A DNA stretch of 64,000 bases from an uncultured Candidatus Saccharibacteria bacterium (GTDB lineage: Bacteria; Patescibacteriota; Minisyncoccia; Phycocordibacterales; UBA9973), in the NCBI GenBank assembly GCA_964440545.1, contig CAYTSO010000003.1, forward strand, positions 35,184 through 99,183, given 5' to 3'. The translations under genes were made by a program, and so were the position numbers. Below the pieces are notes generated by a model, which worked only from the letters and a program-made list of their open reading frames with translations, was not told the origin of the DNA and did not search any database. This document shows, piece by piece, positions 19,077 through 28,275 of the stretch. The stretch's first letter is position 1; each line of letters begins with the position of its first letter.

Positions 19077-20987
19077 ATGTCAAAAATTATTGGTATCGAT
19101 TTGGGTACAACGAATTCTGCTTTTGCTGTAATTGAGGGTGGAGAACCAAAAATTTTAGAAAATTCAGAGGGAACTCGCACAACTCCGTCGGTTATCGCGC
19201 TAGCCAAGAACGGAGATCGTCTGGTGGGTACCTTGGCAAAACGTCAATCTGTTACTAATCCTAAAAATACAGTTTTCCAGATAAAAAGATTTATTGGTCA
19301 TAATTTTGATGAACCGGGAGTTCAGAAGGACATCAAGGCAGTACCTTTTGAAGTTAGAAAATCAGAGAATGGTGGAATTGACGTGAAGATGGGAGAAAAA
19401 TGGTATCGACCAGAAGAAATTTCCGCCATGCTTTTGCAAAAAATGAAAGCAGATGCCGAGTCTCGACTAGGAGAAAAAATTACCGAGGCAGTTATCACTG
19501 TTCCAGCTTACTTTAATGATGCGCAAAGAAAAGCTACTAAGGATGCAGGACAGATTGCAGGGCTAGAAGTAAAGCGAATTATTAACGAGCCAACTGCAGC
19601 TGCATTGGCATACGGTTTTAATAAAAAGAAGAATGAAAAAATAGTAGTTTATGATTTTGGTGGAGGAACATTTGATATTTCTGTGCTAGAGGTAGGAGAA
19701 GATGTAATTGAAGTAAAATCGACTGACGGAGATTCGCACTTGGGAGGTAAAGACATCGATCAAAAAATAATGAACTGGTTGGCGGACGGATTTCAGAAGG
19801 AGCACGGGGTTGATTTACGAAAGGATCCTTTGGCCAAACAACGCTTAGATGATGCGGCCGAGAAAGCAAAAATAGAGCTGTCTACAGCAGTAGAATCAGA
19901 AGTAAATATTCCATTTATTACTTCTTCGGATGCTGGACCTCTTCACTTGGTACGTACAATGAAGCGTGCTGATCTAGAAGAACTTTGCAAAGAGTTTATT
20001 GACCGAGCAATGGAAATTAGCAAAAGAGCCATGGAAGCCTCTCCTTTCAAGATGGGCGACATTAATGAAATAATTTTAGTTGGTGGACAAACTCGAATGC
20101 CAATGATCCAAAAAAGAGTAGAAGAATTTTTTGGCAAAAAACCGCACATGGGAGTAAATCCGGACGAAGTTGTTGCACTGGGTGCTGCTGTGCAGGCAGG
20201 GGTTCTACAAGGGGATGTGAAAGATGTTCTCTTGCTTGATGTTATTCCATTGTCTCTTGGTATTGAAACTCTCGGAGGCGTGGCCACTAAATTGATTGAT
20301 CGAAATACCACTATTCCTAGTTCTAAATCGCAGGTATTTTCTACAGCAGCGGACAATCAAACTTCCGTTGAAATTCATATTGTGCAGGGAGAGCGTCCGA
20401 TGGCTTCTGATAATAAATCGCTGGGAAGATTTATTCTGGACGGAGTTCCGCCTGCACCTCGTGGCATGCCACAGATTGAGGTCTCCTTTGATGTGGACGT
20501 AAATGGAATTTTAAGTGTTACAGCAAAAGATAAAGCTTCTGGCAAAACTCAGTCAATTAGAATTGAGGCAAGTTCTGGACTAAAAGAAGAAGAAATTAAG
20601 AAAATGCAAGCCGATGCTGAAATCCACGCAGAAGAAGACAAAAAGAAAAAAGAAAATGTAGAGATAAAAAATACTGCAGAAATGCTCGTTTATACAGCGG
20701 AAAAAGCGCTAAAAGACAATGAAGCAAAAATTCCAGCTGATGTTAAAGAGGGTGTAAACGCGAAAATAACCGCCTTGCGCAGTGTAAAGGATGGCTCTGA
20801 CGGAGAAGCAATTAAAAAAGCCACCGAAGAGCTTTCTGCTGAAATGTCTAAAATTGGTGAAGCAATGGCAAAAGCTGGAGCAACACCGGGTGCAAATCCT
20901 ACCCCAGAGGAACAACCCTCAGAAGTCCATGATGCTGAATTTAAGGAAAAAAAGGAAGGAGAAGAAGGTGAATCACCAAAAGCATAG
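19077..20987 (+). CDS. dnaK: molecular chaperone DnaK (Hsp70)
   Basis: [30 protein letters not shown] signatures. 636 aa. Confidence 0.97.
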   Translation: MSKIIGIDLGTTNSAFAVIEGGEPKILENSEGTRTTPSVIALAKNGDRLVGTLAKRQSVTNPKNTVFQIKRFIGHNFDEPGVQKDIKAVPFEVRKSENGGIDVKMGEKWYRPEEISAMLLQKMKADAESRLGEKITEAVITVPAYFNDAQRKATKDAGQIAGLEVKRIINEPTAAALAYGFNKKKNEKIVVYDFGGGTFDISVLEVGEDVIEVKSTDGDSHLGGKDIDQKIMNWLADGFQKEHGVDLRKDPLAKQRLDDAAEKAKIELSTAVESEVNIPFITSSDAGPLHLVRTMKRADLEELCKEFIDRAMEISKRAMEASPFKMGDINEIILVGGQTRMPMIQKRVEEFFGKKPHMGVNPDEVVALGAAVQAGVLQGDVKDVLLLDVIPLSLGIETLGGVATKLIDRNTTIPSSKSQVFSTAADNQTSVEIHIVQGERPMASDNKSLGRFILDGVPPAPRGMPQIEVSFDVDVNGILSVTAKDKASGKTQSIRIEASSGLKEEEIKKMQADAEIHAEEDKKKKENVEIKNTAEMLVYTAEKALKDNEAKIPADVKEGVNAKITALRSVKDGSDGEAIKKATEELSAEMSKIGEAMAKAGATPGANPTPEEQPSEVHDAEFKEKKEGEEGESPKA

Positions 20988-21002
20988 TTTATAAGACCCC
21001 AA

Positions 21003-21025
21003 AAGCCCCGCAAGGGGCTTTTTAG
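21003..21025 (+). terminator. intrinsic terminator after dnaK
   Basis: AGCCCC-GCAA-GGGGCT hairpin followed by TTTTT. Confidence 0.5.
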
Positions 21026-21056
21026 TTTAAGGAATGTTTGATATAATCTGTCTATC

Positions 21057-23135
21057 ATGGATCTTCCAGAAATACCTAGAAATAAAGATATAACTTATCT
21101 TGGGCTTACAACTTTTCGCGACAAAAATCAGCTTTTTGGTATTAAGCGCAAGGATCGACGTCAACACGTTTACGTGCTTGGAAAATCCGGAACCGGTAAA
21201 TCCGTACTCCTTTTCAATATGATTACCCAAAACATTCAAAACGGGGAAGGGGTTTGCGTGGTTGATCCTCATGGCGAACTTGTAGAAAGTGTCCTTTCTT
21301 CAGTGCCGGAAAATAGAGTAAAAGATGTTATTTATTTTAATCCAGCCGACACCGATTATCATGTTGGTTTTAATGTTTTAGAACTCATTGATCCTCAATA
21401 CAAACATCTAGTGGCTTCAGGTTTGATGGCAATTTTTACTAAAATTTGGGCGAATGCCTGGAGCGCTCGTATGGAATATATTTTAAATAATTGTATCTTG
21501 GCTTTACTGGATACCCCTGGAACCACCTTGCTTGGTATTCCGCGTATGTTGGTGGACAAAGATTATCGCCAGAAAATTATTACCAACTTGAAAGATCCTG
21601 TTATTAAAGCATTCTGGGTGCATGAATATGAGGCCTGGCAAGAAAAATTCCGTAATGAAGCCATTGCACCAATTCAAAACAAAGTTGGACAATTTCTCTC
21701 TACCTCAATCATTCGAAATGTCGTTGGTCAAACCAAGAGCACAATCAATATTTTTGACATAATGAATGAGGGAAAGATATTTTTGGTAAATGTCTCCAAG
21801 GGGCGCATTGGCGAAGACAATTCCGCGCTTTTGGGTGGAATGATTATTACTAAGATTCAATTGGCAGCAATGGAGCGCGTGCGTATTCCAGAAGAAGAAC
21901 GAAAAGATTTTTATTTATATGTAGACGAATTTCAAAATTTCGTAACAGATGCTTTTGCTGGCATTTTGTCTGAAGCTCGAAAATATCGACTAAATCTTAC
22001 TGTCGCGCATCAATATACCGCCCAGCTTGTTTCTGATAAAAGCTCAGCTGTGCGAGATGCGGTTTTCGGGAACGTTGGAACAATGATCGTTTTTCGGGTT
22101 GGCTCTGATGATGCCGCTTTTCTGGAACAAGAATTTGATCCTGAATTTACTCCGTCGGATATAGTGAATTTGCCGAACTATAAGATTTACCTGAAGCTAA
22201 TGATAGACGGGGTGACCTCCAGGCCATTTTCAGCGAAAACCTTGCCCCCGATGACTAAGGCAGATAATAAAAAAGTAGCTGAAGAAGTTATTAGATCCTC
22301 TAGGGATCTTTATTGCAGGCCTAAAGATGTAATTGAAAGGGAAATCAATGAATGGAGCGGTATGTCCTTAGGAGATGACAATATTTCTTCTTTTGGCGGG
22401 ATGGAAAAATTCAAAATTATTTGTTCGCTCTGCGGGCTGGAAAAGACAGTTCCGTTCAAGCCAGAGCCAGGCAGATCAGTTTATTGTAGGGAATGCATTG
22501 CAAAAATAAAATCAGGTGAAGTTAAGATAAAGAAGGGAGGGGATGATCAGTTTAAATACGATGAGTCTACTTTTTTCAAGCCCTTGGCTGATTTGGGTAT
22601 TGAGTTTGACCAGAAGAGAGTTGAAAAAAATAGAGAAATAAATAAAGGGAAAAAAATAATACAAGACACTAAACCGATTGCTCCAACGAGCAGGCCTGGC
22701 GTGTTTGGAGCCATTAAAAAAGCATTTATTAAAAAAGAGAAGCCAAAAGTAGTTTCTGGGGACGGAAAAAATTTAGCATTAAAGGAAGCTCTGAATAAGG
22801 TGATTCCAAAAGAAACAATCTCAGAGCCATCACCGAAACATGCTTCGCTAGATATTCTTAAAAAACAGACAGAAGGGGTAGACAAAAATATTTCAACAAA
22901 TAAGCCTATACATACTGGTGGGGATCGTGCCGCTAGTTTAGAGGAAATGAATAAATTGAAAGATTTGATTTCTACTGCTGTCGCGGGGCAAGCAGAAAAA
23001 ACCCCCAACCAGAGCAAGTTCGGTACGGGGCAGGCAGAGAAGAAAGAAATTCCGCCTTCTGCGCCGACTCAAAAAGAGACAGGTAAACCCAAGGAAGTGC
23101 CAGAGGATGTTCTAAAAAAGATTTTAGAAGGGTGA
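21057..23135 (+). CDS. soluble TraG/VirD4/TraD-like (type IV coupling-protein family) P-loop ATPase with C-terminal zinc ribbon and K/E-rich tail (paralog 1)
   Basis: Walker A VLGKSGTGKS, VVDPHGEL, Walker [10 protein letters not shown], and a TraG-D_C-like SEARKYRLNLTVAHQYTAQL...FGNVGTMIVFRVGSDDA segment. No N-terminal TM helices. C-terminal CSLCG...CRECI zinc ribbon. Confidence 0.65.
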   Translation: MDLPEIPRNKDITYLGLTTFRDKNQLFGIKRKDRRQHVYVLGKSGTGKSVLLFNMITQNIQNGEGVCVVDPHGELVESVLSSVPENRVKDVIYFNPADTDYHVGFNVLELIDPQYKHLVASGLMAIFTKIWANAWSARMEYILNNCILALLDTPGTTLLGIPRMLVDKDYRQKIITNLKDPVIKAFWVHEYEAWQEKFRNEAIAPIQNKVGQFLSTSIIRNVVGQTKSTINIFDIMNEGKIFLVNVSKGRIGEDNSALLGGMIITKIQLAAMERVRIPEEERKDFYLYVDEFQNFVTDAFAGILSEARKYRLNLTVAHQYTAQLVSDKSSAVRDAVFGNVGTMIVFRVGSDDAAFLEQEFDPEFTPSDIVNLPNYKIYLKLMIDGVTSRPFSAKTLPPMTKADNKKVAEEVIRSSRDLYCRPKDVIEREINEWSGMSLGDDNISSFGGMEKFKIICSLCGLEKTVPFKPEPGRSVYCRECIAKIKSGEVKIKKGGDDQFKYDESTFFKPLADLGIEFDQKRVEKNREINKGKKIIQDTKPIAPTSRPGVFGAIKKAFIKKEKPKVVSGDGKNLALKEALNKVIPKETISEPSPKHASLDILKKQTEGVDKNISTNKPIHTGGDRAASLEEMNKLKDLISTAVAGQAEKTPNQSKFGTGQAEKKEIPPSAPTQKETGKPKEVPEDVLKKILEG

Positions 23136-23178
23136 ATCCGGAAATAGATTTTGAGATAGATCAGGAAATTGTAAAAAT

Positions 23179-24921
23179 ATGGAAACCAGAACATGTCAAA
23201 ATTGCAAAAGTGAATTTGTGATAGAGCCGGAGGATTTTAATTTTTATGAAAAGATTAAAGTTCCACCGCCAACTTTTTGTCCGGAATGCCGAACGATACG
23301 CAGATTGTGTTTTCGGAATGAGATGTCTTTGTTTAAAAGACCTTGTAATTTTCATGGTCATAAGGAAATTTTAATCTCCGCTTTTCATCCAGATGAAAAA
23401 TTAGTGGTTTATGATTTAAAAAGTTGGTGGGGGGATGGATGGAACCCATTAGATTTTGGCCGTGAATATGATTTTTCAAAATCCTTTTTTGCTCAATGGA
23501 GGGACTTTAGGGATAGTTTTCCTTTACAGGCTCTTTCAAATTCTAATGCGGTAAATAGTGATTATTGTAACGTAGCGGATGATAGCAAAAATTGTTACTT
23601 GATTTCTGGGTCAGAATCCTGCGAACAGACAATGTATTCTAATAGAATAATTAAGGTAAAAGACTCATTAGACTTGTATATAGTTAATCGCTCGGAGCTT
23701 TGCTATGATGATGTTTATTGCTTTGATTGCTACCGTGTTCTTTATTCTATAAATTGTAAAAATTGCGTTGATTCTTATTTTTTATATGATTGCGTGAATT
23801 GCGTAAATTGTTTTGGTTGTAGTAATTTAAGAAACAAATCATATTGTCTCTGGAATCAGCAGTTGACCCAAAAAGAATATAAAGAAAAGATCAAGGGATT
23901 AAACCTAAACAGCAGACAGGCAATTTTAAATTTTAAAAAGGAGTTTAATAAATTATACATTAATTCTATTCATCGTTTTGCTAATCAGGTTAAAACAATT
24001 AATTCAACCGGGAACAATTTAATTGGTGCAAAGGATTGCAAATACTGTTTTGACCTAGATGGTCAAATTGAAAACTCAAAAAATGTTCATTGGGGAGGGT
24101 TAAGCATAAAAGATGTTTATGATGGTGGTCCGGGGATTGGAAATACCGAGCTTGCGTATGAAATGTTTGACACCGGACTCGGTAGTCATCGTAGTCTGTG
24201 CACAAGCGTGGTATATGGTTCGAGTGATGTAGAGTATTCGTTCAATTGTTATAATTCTTCGAATCTTTTTGCTTGTTTTGGGTTGAGAAGTAAAAAATAT
24301 TGTATTTTTAATAAACAATATTCTAAAGAGGAATATGAAAGGATGGTTAATAAAATTAAGGACCAAATGAATGAAATTCCTTATATAGACAAAAACAATC
24401 GAACATATAGATATGGCGAATTTTTTCCAATTGAGTTATCTCCGTTTGCCTATAATGAGACAGTGGCGCAGGATTACTTTCCAATAACGAAAGAAATTGC
24501 TGAAAAAATGGGTTATAAATGGAGAGATAAAATAAAAAATGAATACAACGTCACTTTGAATTCAAAGAACATACCAGATAACCTTAACGAAACAAATGCT
24601 TCAATCTTAAAAGAAGTGATTGAGTGTGCGAATAATGGAAAAGACAACGGTAGGTGTTTGGGGGTATTTAGGATTTTAGAGAACGAGTTAAATTTATACA
24701 AAAGAATTGGTGTCCCTGTACCAAATTTATGTTTTGCTTGTCGCCATGCCGAACGGTTAAGTAAGCGAACCTCTCTTAAGCTCTGGCGTCGTCAGTGTAT
24801 GTGTGAAAAAGAGGGGCATGGTCACAAGGGAAGGTGTCAAGTAGAATTTGAAACCAGCTACGCCCCAGATCTTCCAGAAATAGTTTATTGTGAAAAGTGT
24901 TATCAGAAGGAAGTATATTAG
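23179..24921 (+). CDS. cysteine-rich multi-zinc-ribbon protein, unrecognised family (paralog 1)
   Basis: 580 aa. N-terminal C-x2-C..(20)..C-x2-C ribbon (CQNCKSEF..FCPECR). Central arrays of C-x2-C/NC-x2-C repeats with two copies of a C.GLR.K.YC..N.Q...EEY unit. C-terminal CFACRH...RQCMCEKEGHGHKGRC...YCEKCY. Not assignable to a family from the sequence. Confidence 0.65.
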   Translation: METRTCQNCKSEFVIEPEDFNFYEKIKVPPPTFCPECRTIRRLCFRNEMSLFKRPCNFHGHKEILISAFHPDEKLVVYDLKSWWGDGWNPLDFGREYDFSKSFFAQWRDFRDSFPLQALSNSNAVNSDYCNVADDSKNCYLISGSESCEQTMYSNRIIKVKDSLDLYIVNRSELCYDDVYCFDCYRVLYSINCKNCVDSYFLYDCVNCVNCFGCSNLRNKSYCLWNQQLTQKEYKEKIKGLNLNSRQAILNFKKEFNKLYINSIHRFANQVKTINSTGNNLIGAKDCKYCFDLDGQIENSKNVHWGGLSIKDVYDGGPGIGNTELAYEMFDTGLGSHRSLCTSVVYGSSDVEYSFNCYNSSNLFACFGLRSKKYCIFNKQYSKEEYERMVNKIKDQMNEIPYIDKNNRTYRYGEFFPIELSPFAYNETVAQDYFPITKEIAEKMGYKWRDKIKNEYNVTLNSKNIPDNLNETNASILKEVIECANNGKDNGRCLGVFRILENELNLYKRIGVPVPNLCFACRHAERLSKRTSLKLWRRQCMCEKEGHGHKGRCQVEFETSYAPDLPEIVYCEKCYQKEVY

Positions 24922-25613
24922 ATATTATTTACAGCTCGGTAGGTAGCGACGATGGCGGCAGTTTCGCCACGGAGAGTTAGATTTCCCAGGGAGGCGACGG
25001 TATAACTGGAATTTTTAGCGAACTCAATTTCTTTTTCCGTGAAGCCACCCTCGGGGCCAACAAAAATATTAGCTTTTTTTGCTTTCTTGTCTGGTGAGTA
25101 TTTTTTTCCATTTAAATCAAAGATGATTTTTTCATCTTCCATACTTCCATTAGCTAATGCATCTTTGAAATTTAAAATCGGGGATAATTCTGGAACAGTA
25201 TTTCTCCCGCATTGTTCGCTTGCCTCTAAAATTATTTTTTTCAAACGTTTTTCATTCAACCCAGTTTTTACAGTTCTCTCGGTGATAATCGGTGTTATCG
25301 ATGAGACCCCAACCTCTACTGCTTTTTGTACAGCTAGTTCAAAATTTTCTTTTTTTAGAATTGCCAAATATAAATTTACTGCTTTTTGCGCGTCTTGTTT
25401 TTGGCTGATTTTTTCAATTTTGCAGATGATTTCATTTTTTGAGGCAGAAAATATGCTTGCTTCCGCCTCGACACCCCTGCCATTTGAAAGGATAATTTTT
25501 TCGCCAATTTTAAGCCTTAAAACAGCTTTTATTTGCCTGATCGTTTCAGGATTTAAAATTTTTACTTCCTCTTTCAATAAATCATATTCGCCGATAAATC
25601 TATGTAATTTCAT
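24918..25613 (-). CDS. rsmE: 16S rRNA (uracil1498-N3)-methyltransferase RsmE
   Basis: PUA-like N-terminus (RLKIGEKIILSNGRG) and SPOUT C-terminus with IFVGPEGGFTEKEIE. Commonly linked to dnaJ. Confidence 0.8.
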   Translation of the reverse strand: MKLHRFIGEYDLLKEEVKILNPETIRQIKAVLRLKIGEKIILSNGRGVEAEASIFSASKNEIICKIEKISQKQDAQKAVNLYLAILKKENFELAVQKAVEVGVSSITPIITERTVKTGLNEKRLKKIILEASEQCGRNTVPELSPILNFKDALANGSMEDEKIIFDLNGKKYSPDKKAKKANIFVGPEGGFTEKEIEFAKNSSYTVASLGNLTLRGETAAIVATYRAVNNI

Positions 25614-25654
25614 GCTTAATATGATATACTAGAAAGGCAAATCATCAAAATTTT

Positions 25655-27160
25655 ATGTCTAAGCCGAATCGAGTGCAAATAATAAAATATGCTCCACCTC
25701 CGCCAGAATTGCCTGTGTATGGAAAAGTAAAGCCGGAAGAGGTATCCTTTTTCGGACGTACAAATTACGTGGCTTCCTTGGAAGAAAAAAAATTTATTTT
25801 CGGAATCAAGCGAGTTGATCGTCGTAGGCATCTTTATATAATCGGAAAATCAGGGGTTGGAAAAACTAAACTACTAGAACTGCTCTTGCGTCAAGATATC
25901 ACTTATAATCACGGCTTATGCTTGATAGACCCACACGGAGACGTGATAGATGCAATGCTTGATTATATCCCCAAGGAAAGAGCAGAAGACGTTTGCATAA
26001 TTGATCCTTCAGACGTAAATTTTCCAGCTTCCTTTAATCCATTGGCAAACGTGGATCCAATGTTTAAGTTTCAATTAACCCAAGGATTGATTGAGGTATT
26101 CCAAAAGCAATTCGGGGCGAACTGGACACCTCGTCTTGAGCACGTTTTTCGTTTTACTTGTTTAGCTCTTTTGGATTATCCACATGCCACGATGCGGGGA
26201 ATGATTTCAATGTTAACGGATAGAAATTATAGACAAAAAGTTGTGGAATATATTACAGACGACATGGTTAAAAGATTCTTCGCTATTGAATTCGCGGATT
26301 GGTCAGAAAAATTTGATACCGATGCCATCATTCCATTGGTAAATAAACTGGGTCAATTCCTTTCGGATCCATTACTTCGAAATATTTTTGGACAAAAAGA
26401 AAATAAAATTGATATGAGCAAGCTGATGAATGAAGGAAAAATCATCCTTATTAATCTTTCTAAGGGTCGTCTGGGTGAAGAGAACTCTTCCTTTCTCGGT
26501 TCCATGTTTTTAACAAAAATAAAACAAGCTGGAATGGAGCGAGCCGCTATCCCAGAAAAAGATCGAGTAGATTTTTACCTTTACGTGGATGAGTTTCAAA
26601 ACGTAGTGACTCAAACTTTTGAAAATATTTTGTCAGAAGCTAGAAAGTATGGATTGAATTTAACTATTGCTCATCAATATGTCGGCCAAATAATTACCAA
26701 GGTTCATCAGGCAGTGTTGGGTAATTGCGGAAGTATTATCACCTTCAGGGTAGGTGGGGAGGATGCAGTAAAAATGAAACCAGAATTTGCTCCTATCTTC
26801 GACGTGAAGGATATGATAAATCTTGCAGTTGGAGAAATTTATGTAAAAATGACAATAGATGGAGAATCTTATGATCCATTTTCTGCGGAAACGCTCAGGG
26901 TGCTTCCCCCTACACATTCTTCTTGTAGAGAAGAAATTATCGAAGCTTCACGCAGGAAATACTCAATATCCAAAGATTCGGCGGCAAAACTTATCGCCGA
27001 GGAAGAAGCCTCAATTATTCGAAGTGCCGAGGAAAAAGCTATTATTGAAGGAAAAAAGAAAGGAAAGGCTAAATCCAGTGAAACTGGAACGCCCGGCGCT
27101 TCTGAGGAAACGCTTAGGGAAGAAGAAAAAACTTCACAAGAAGCTGAACCTATGATATAA
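25655..27160 (+). CDS. soluble TraG/VirD4/TraD-like P-loop ATPase (paralog 2, no zinc ribbon, acidic tail)
   Basis: Same architecture as 21057..23135: [47 protein letters not shown]...[16 protein letters not shown]. Roughly 45-50% identical to paralog 1 by eye. Confidence 0.65.
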   Translation: MSKPNRVQIIKYAPPPPELPVYGKVKPEEVSFFGRTNYVASLEEKKFIFGIKRVDRRRHLYIIGKSGVGKTKLLELLLRQDITYNHGLCLIDPHGDVIDAMLDYIPKERAEDVCIIDPSDVNFPASFNPLANVDPMFKFQLTQGLIEVFQKQFGANWTPRLEHVFRFTCLALLDYPHATMRGMISMLTDRNYRQKVVEYITDDMVKRFFAIEFADWSEKFDTDAIIPLVNKLGQFLSDPLLRNIFGQKENKIDMSKLMNEGKIILINLSKGRLGEENSSFLGSMFLTKIKQAGMERAAIPEKDRVDFYLYVDEFQNVVTQTFENILSEARKYGLNLTIAHQYVGQIITKVHQAVLGNCGSIITFRVGGEDAVKMKPEFAPIFDVKDMINLAVGEIYVKMTIDGESYDPFSAETLRVLPPTHSSCREEIIEASRRKYSISKDSAAKLIAEEEASIIRSAEEKAIIEGKKKGKAKSSETGTPGASEETLREEEKTSQEAEPMI

Positions 27161-27168
27161 CCCCATAT

Positions 27169-28275
27169 ATGAAAAAGGATTACTATGAAATTTTAGGAGT
27201 AAAAAAAGACGCGTCTAAAGAGGAAATCAAAAAAGCCTTTTATAAAATGGCGCACAAATATCATCCCGACAAAGGGGGCGGAAACGAGGCAAAATTCAAA
27301 GAAGTAAATGAAGCTTATCAAGTATTGTCTAGCGACGAAAAGCGTTCAAAATATGATCAATTTGGATCTGGCTTCGAAAACATGGGAGCTCAAGGGGGAT
27401 ATGGCAGGGGAGGCTTTGATGGCTTTGATTTTTCTGGCTTTTCCACCAGAGGCGGACAAGCGAATGGAGGAATGGAATTTGACTTTGGTAATCTAAATGA
27501 TATTTTTAGCGATTTTTTTGGAGGCGGAATGGGTGGAGGAAGACAACAGGCAAGACGAGGCAGGGATATTTCTACTGAAATCCAAGTTTCTTTTGCCGAT
27601 GCAGTTTTTGGCACAACTAGAAAAATTTTAATCACTAAGACTTCTAGGTGTTTAACCTGTGATGGTTCTGGGGCGAAGGCTGGTACAGGTATGGAAACTT
27701 GTAAAAAGTGTAATGGGCAAGGAAAAATTCGCGAACAAAAAAGAACTATTTTTGGAATTATTGCGAATACAAAAACCTGCGAGACCTGTCTGGGTACAGG
27801 AGAGGTGCCAAAAGAAATCTGCGATAAGTGCAAGGGTAAGGGTATTTTGCGTCGAGAAGAAGAGGTGCCTATTGTTATTCCAGCTGGAATTCGCGATGGT
27901 GAAATGGTTCGAATGGCCGGTTACGGAGAAGCAGTTTCCAAAGGAACGACAGGGGATTTATATATAAAAATAAATGTGACACAGCATCCTGTATTTAAGC
28001 GTGCTGGCAATGATTTGGTAATGAATTTAGACCTGAAGCTCACCGAAGCTCTTTTGGGGGCAAAATACACGATTCAAACCCTAGACGGAGAAATTGAAGT
28101 AAAAATTCCAGAAGGTGTCTCTATAAATGAAATTCTTCGCGTGCGGGGTAAGGGTGTTCCAGTGTCAAAAAGCAAGCGCGGTGATCTTCTCATAAAACTA
28201 AACATAAAACTTCCATCAAAACTTTCCCGCAAATCTCGTGAAATTATAGAGGAATTAAAGAAAGAGGGAATTTAG
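27169..28275 (+). CDS. dnaJ: chaperone DnaJ
   Basis: J domain (DYYEILGV...HPDK), G/F-rich region, four CxxCxGxG zinc-finger repeats and a C-terminal domain. Confidence 0.95.
   Translation: MKKDYYEILGVKKDASKEEIKKAFYKMAHKYHPDKGGGNEAKFKEVNEAYQVLSSDEKRSKYDQFGSGFENMGAQGGYGRGGFDGFDFSGFSTRGGQANGGMEFDFGNLNDIFSDFFGGGMGGGRQQARRGRDISTEIQVSFADAVFGTTRKILITKTSRCLTCDGSGAKAGTGMETCKKCNGQGKIREQKRTIFGIIANTKTCETCLGTGEVPKEICDKCKGKGILRREEEVPIVIPAGIRDGEMVRMAGYGEAVSKGTTGDLYIKINVTQHPVFKRAGNDLVMNLDLKLTEALLGAKYTIQTLDGEIEVKIPEGVSINEILRVRGKGVPVSKSKRGDLLIKLNIKLPSKLSRKSREIIEELKKEGI

Noticed and set aside
27390-27833. 147-aa minus-strand ORF inside dnaJ
   Set aside because: It lies antisense to the dnaJ Gly/Phe-rich and zinc-finger region. 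Pro-rich artefact.
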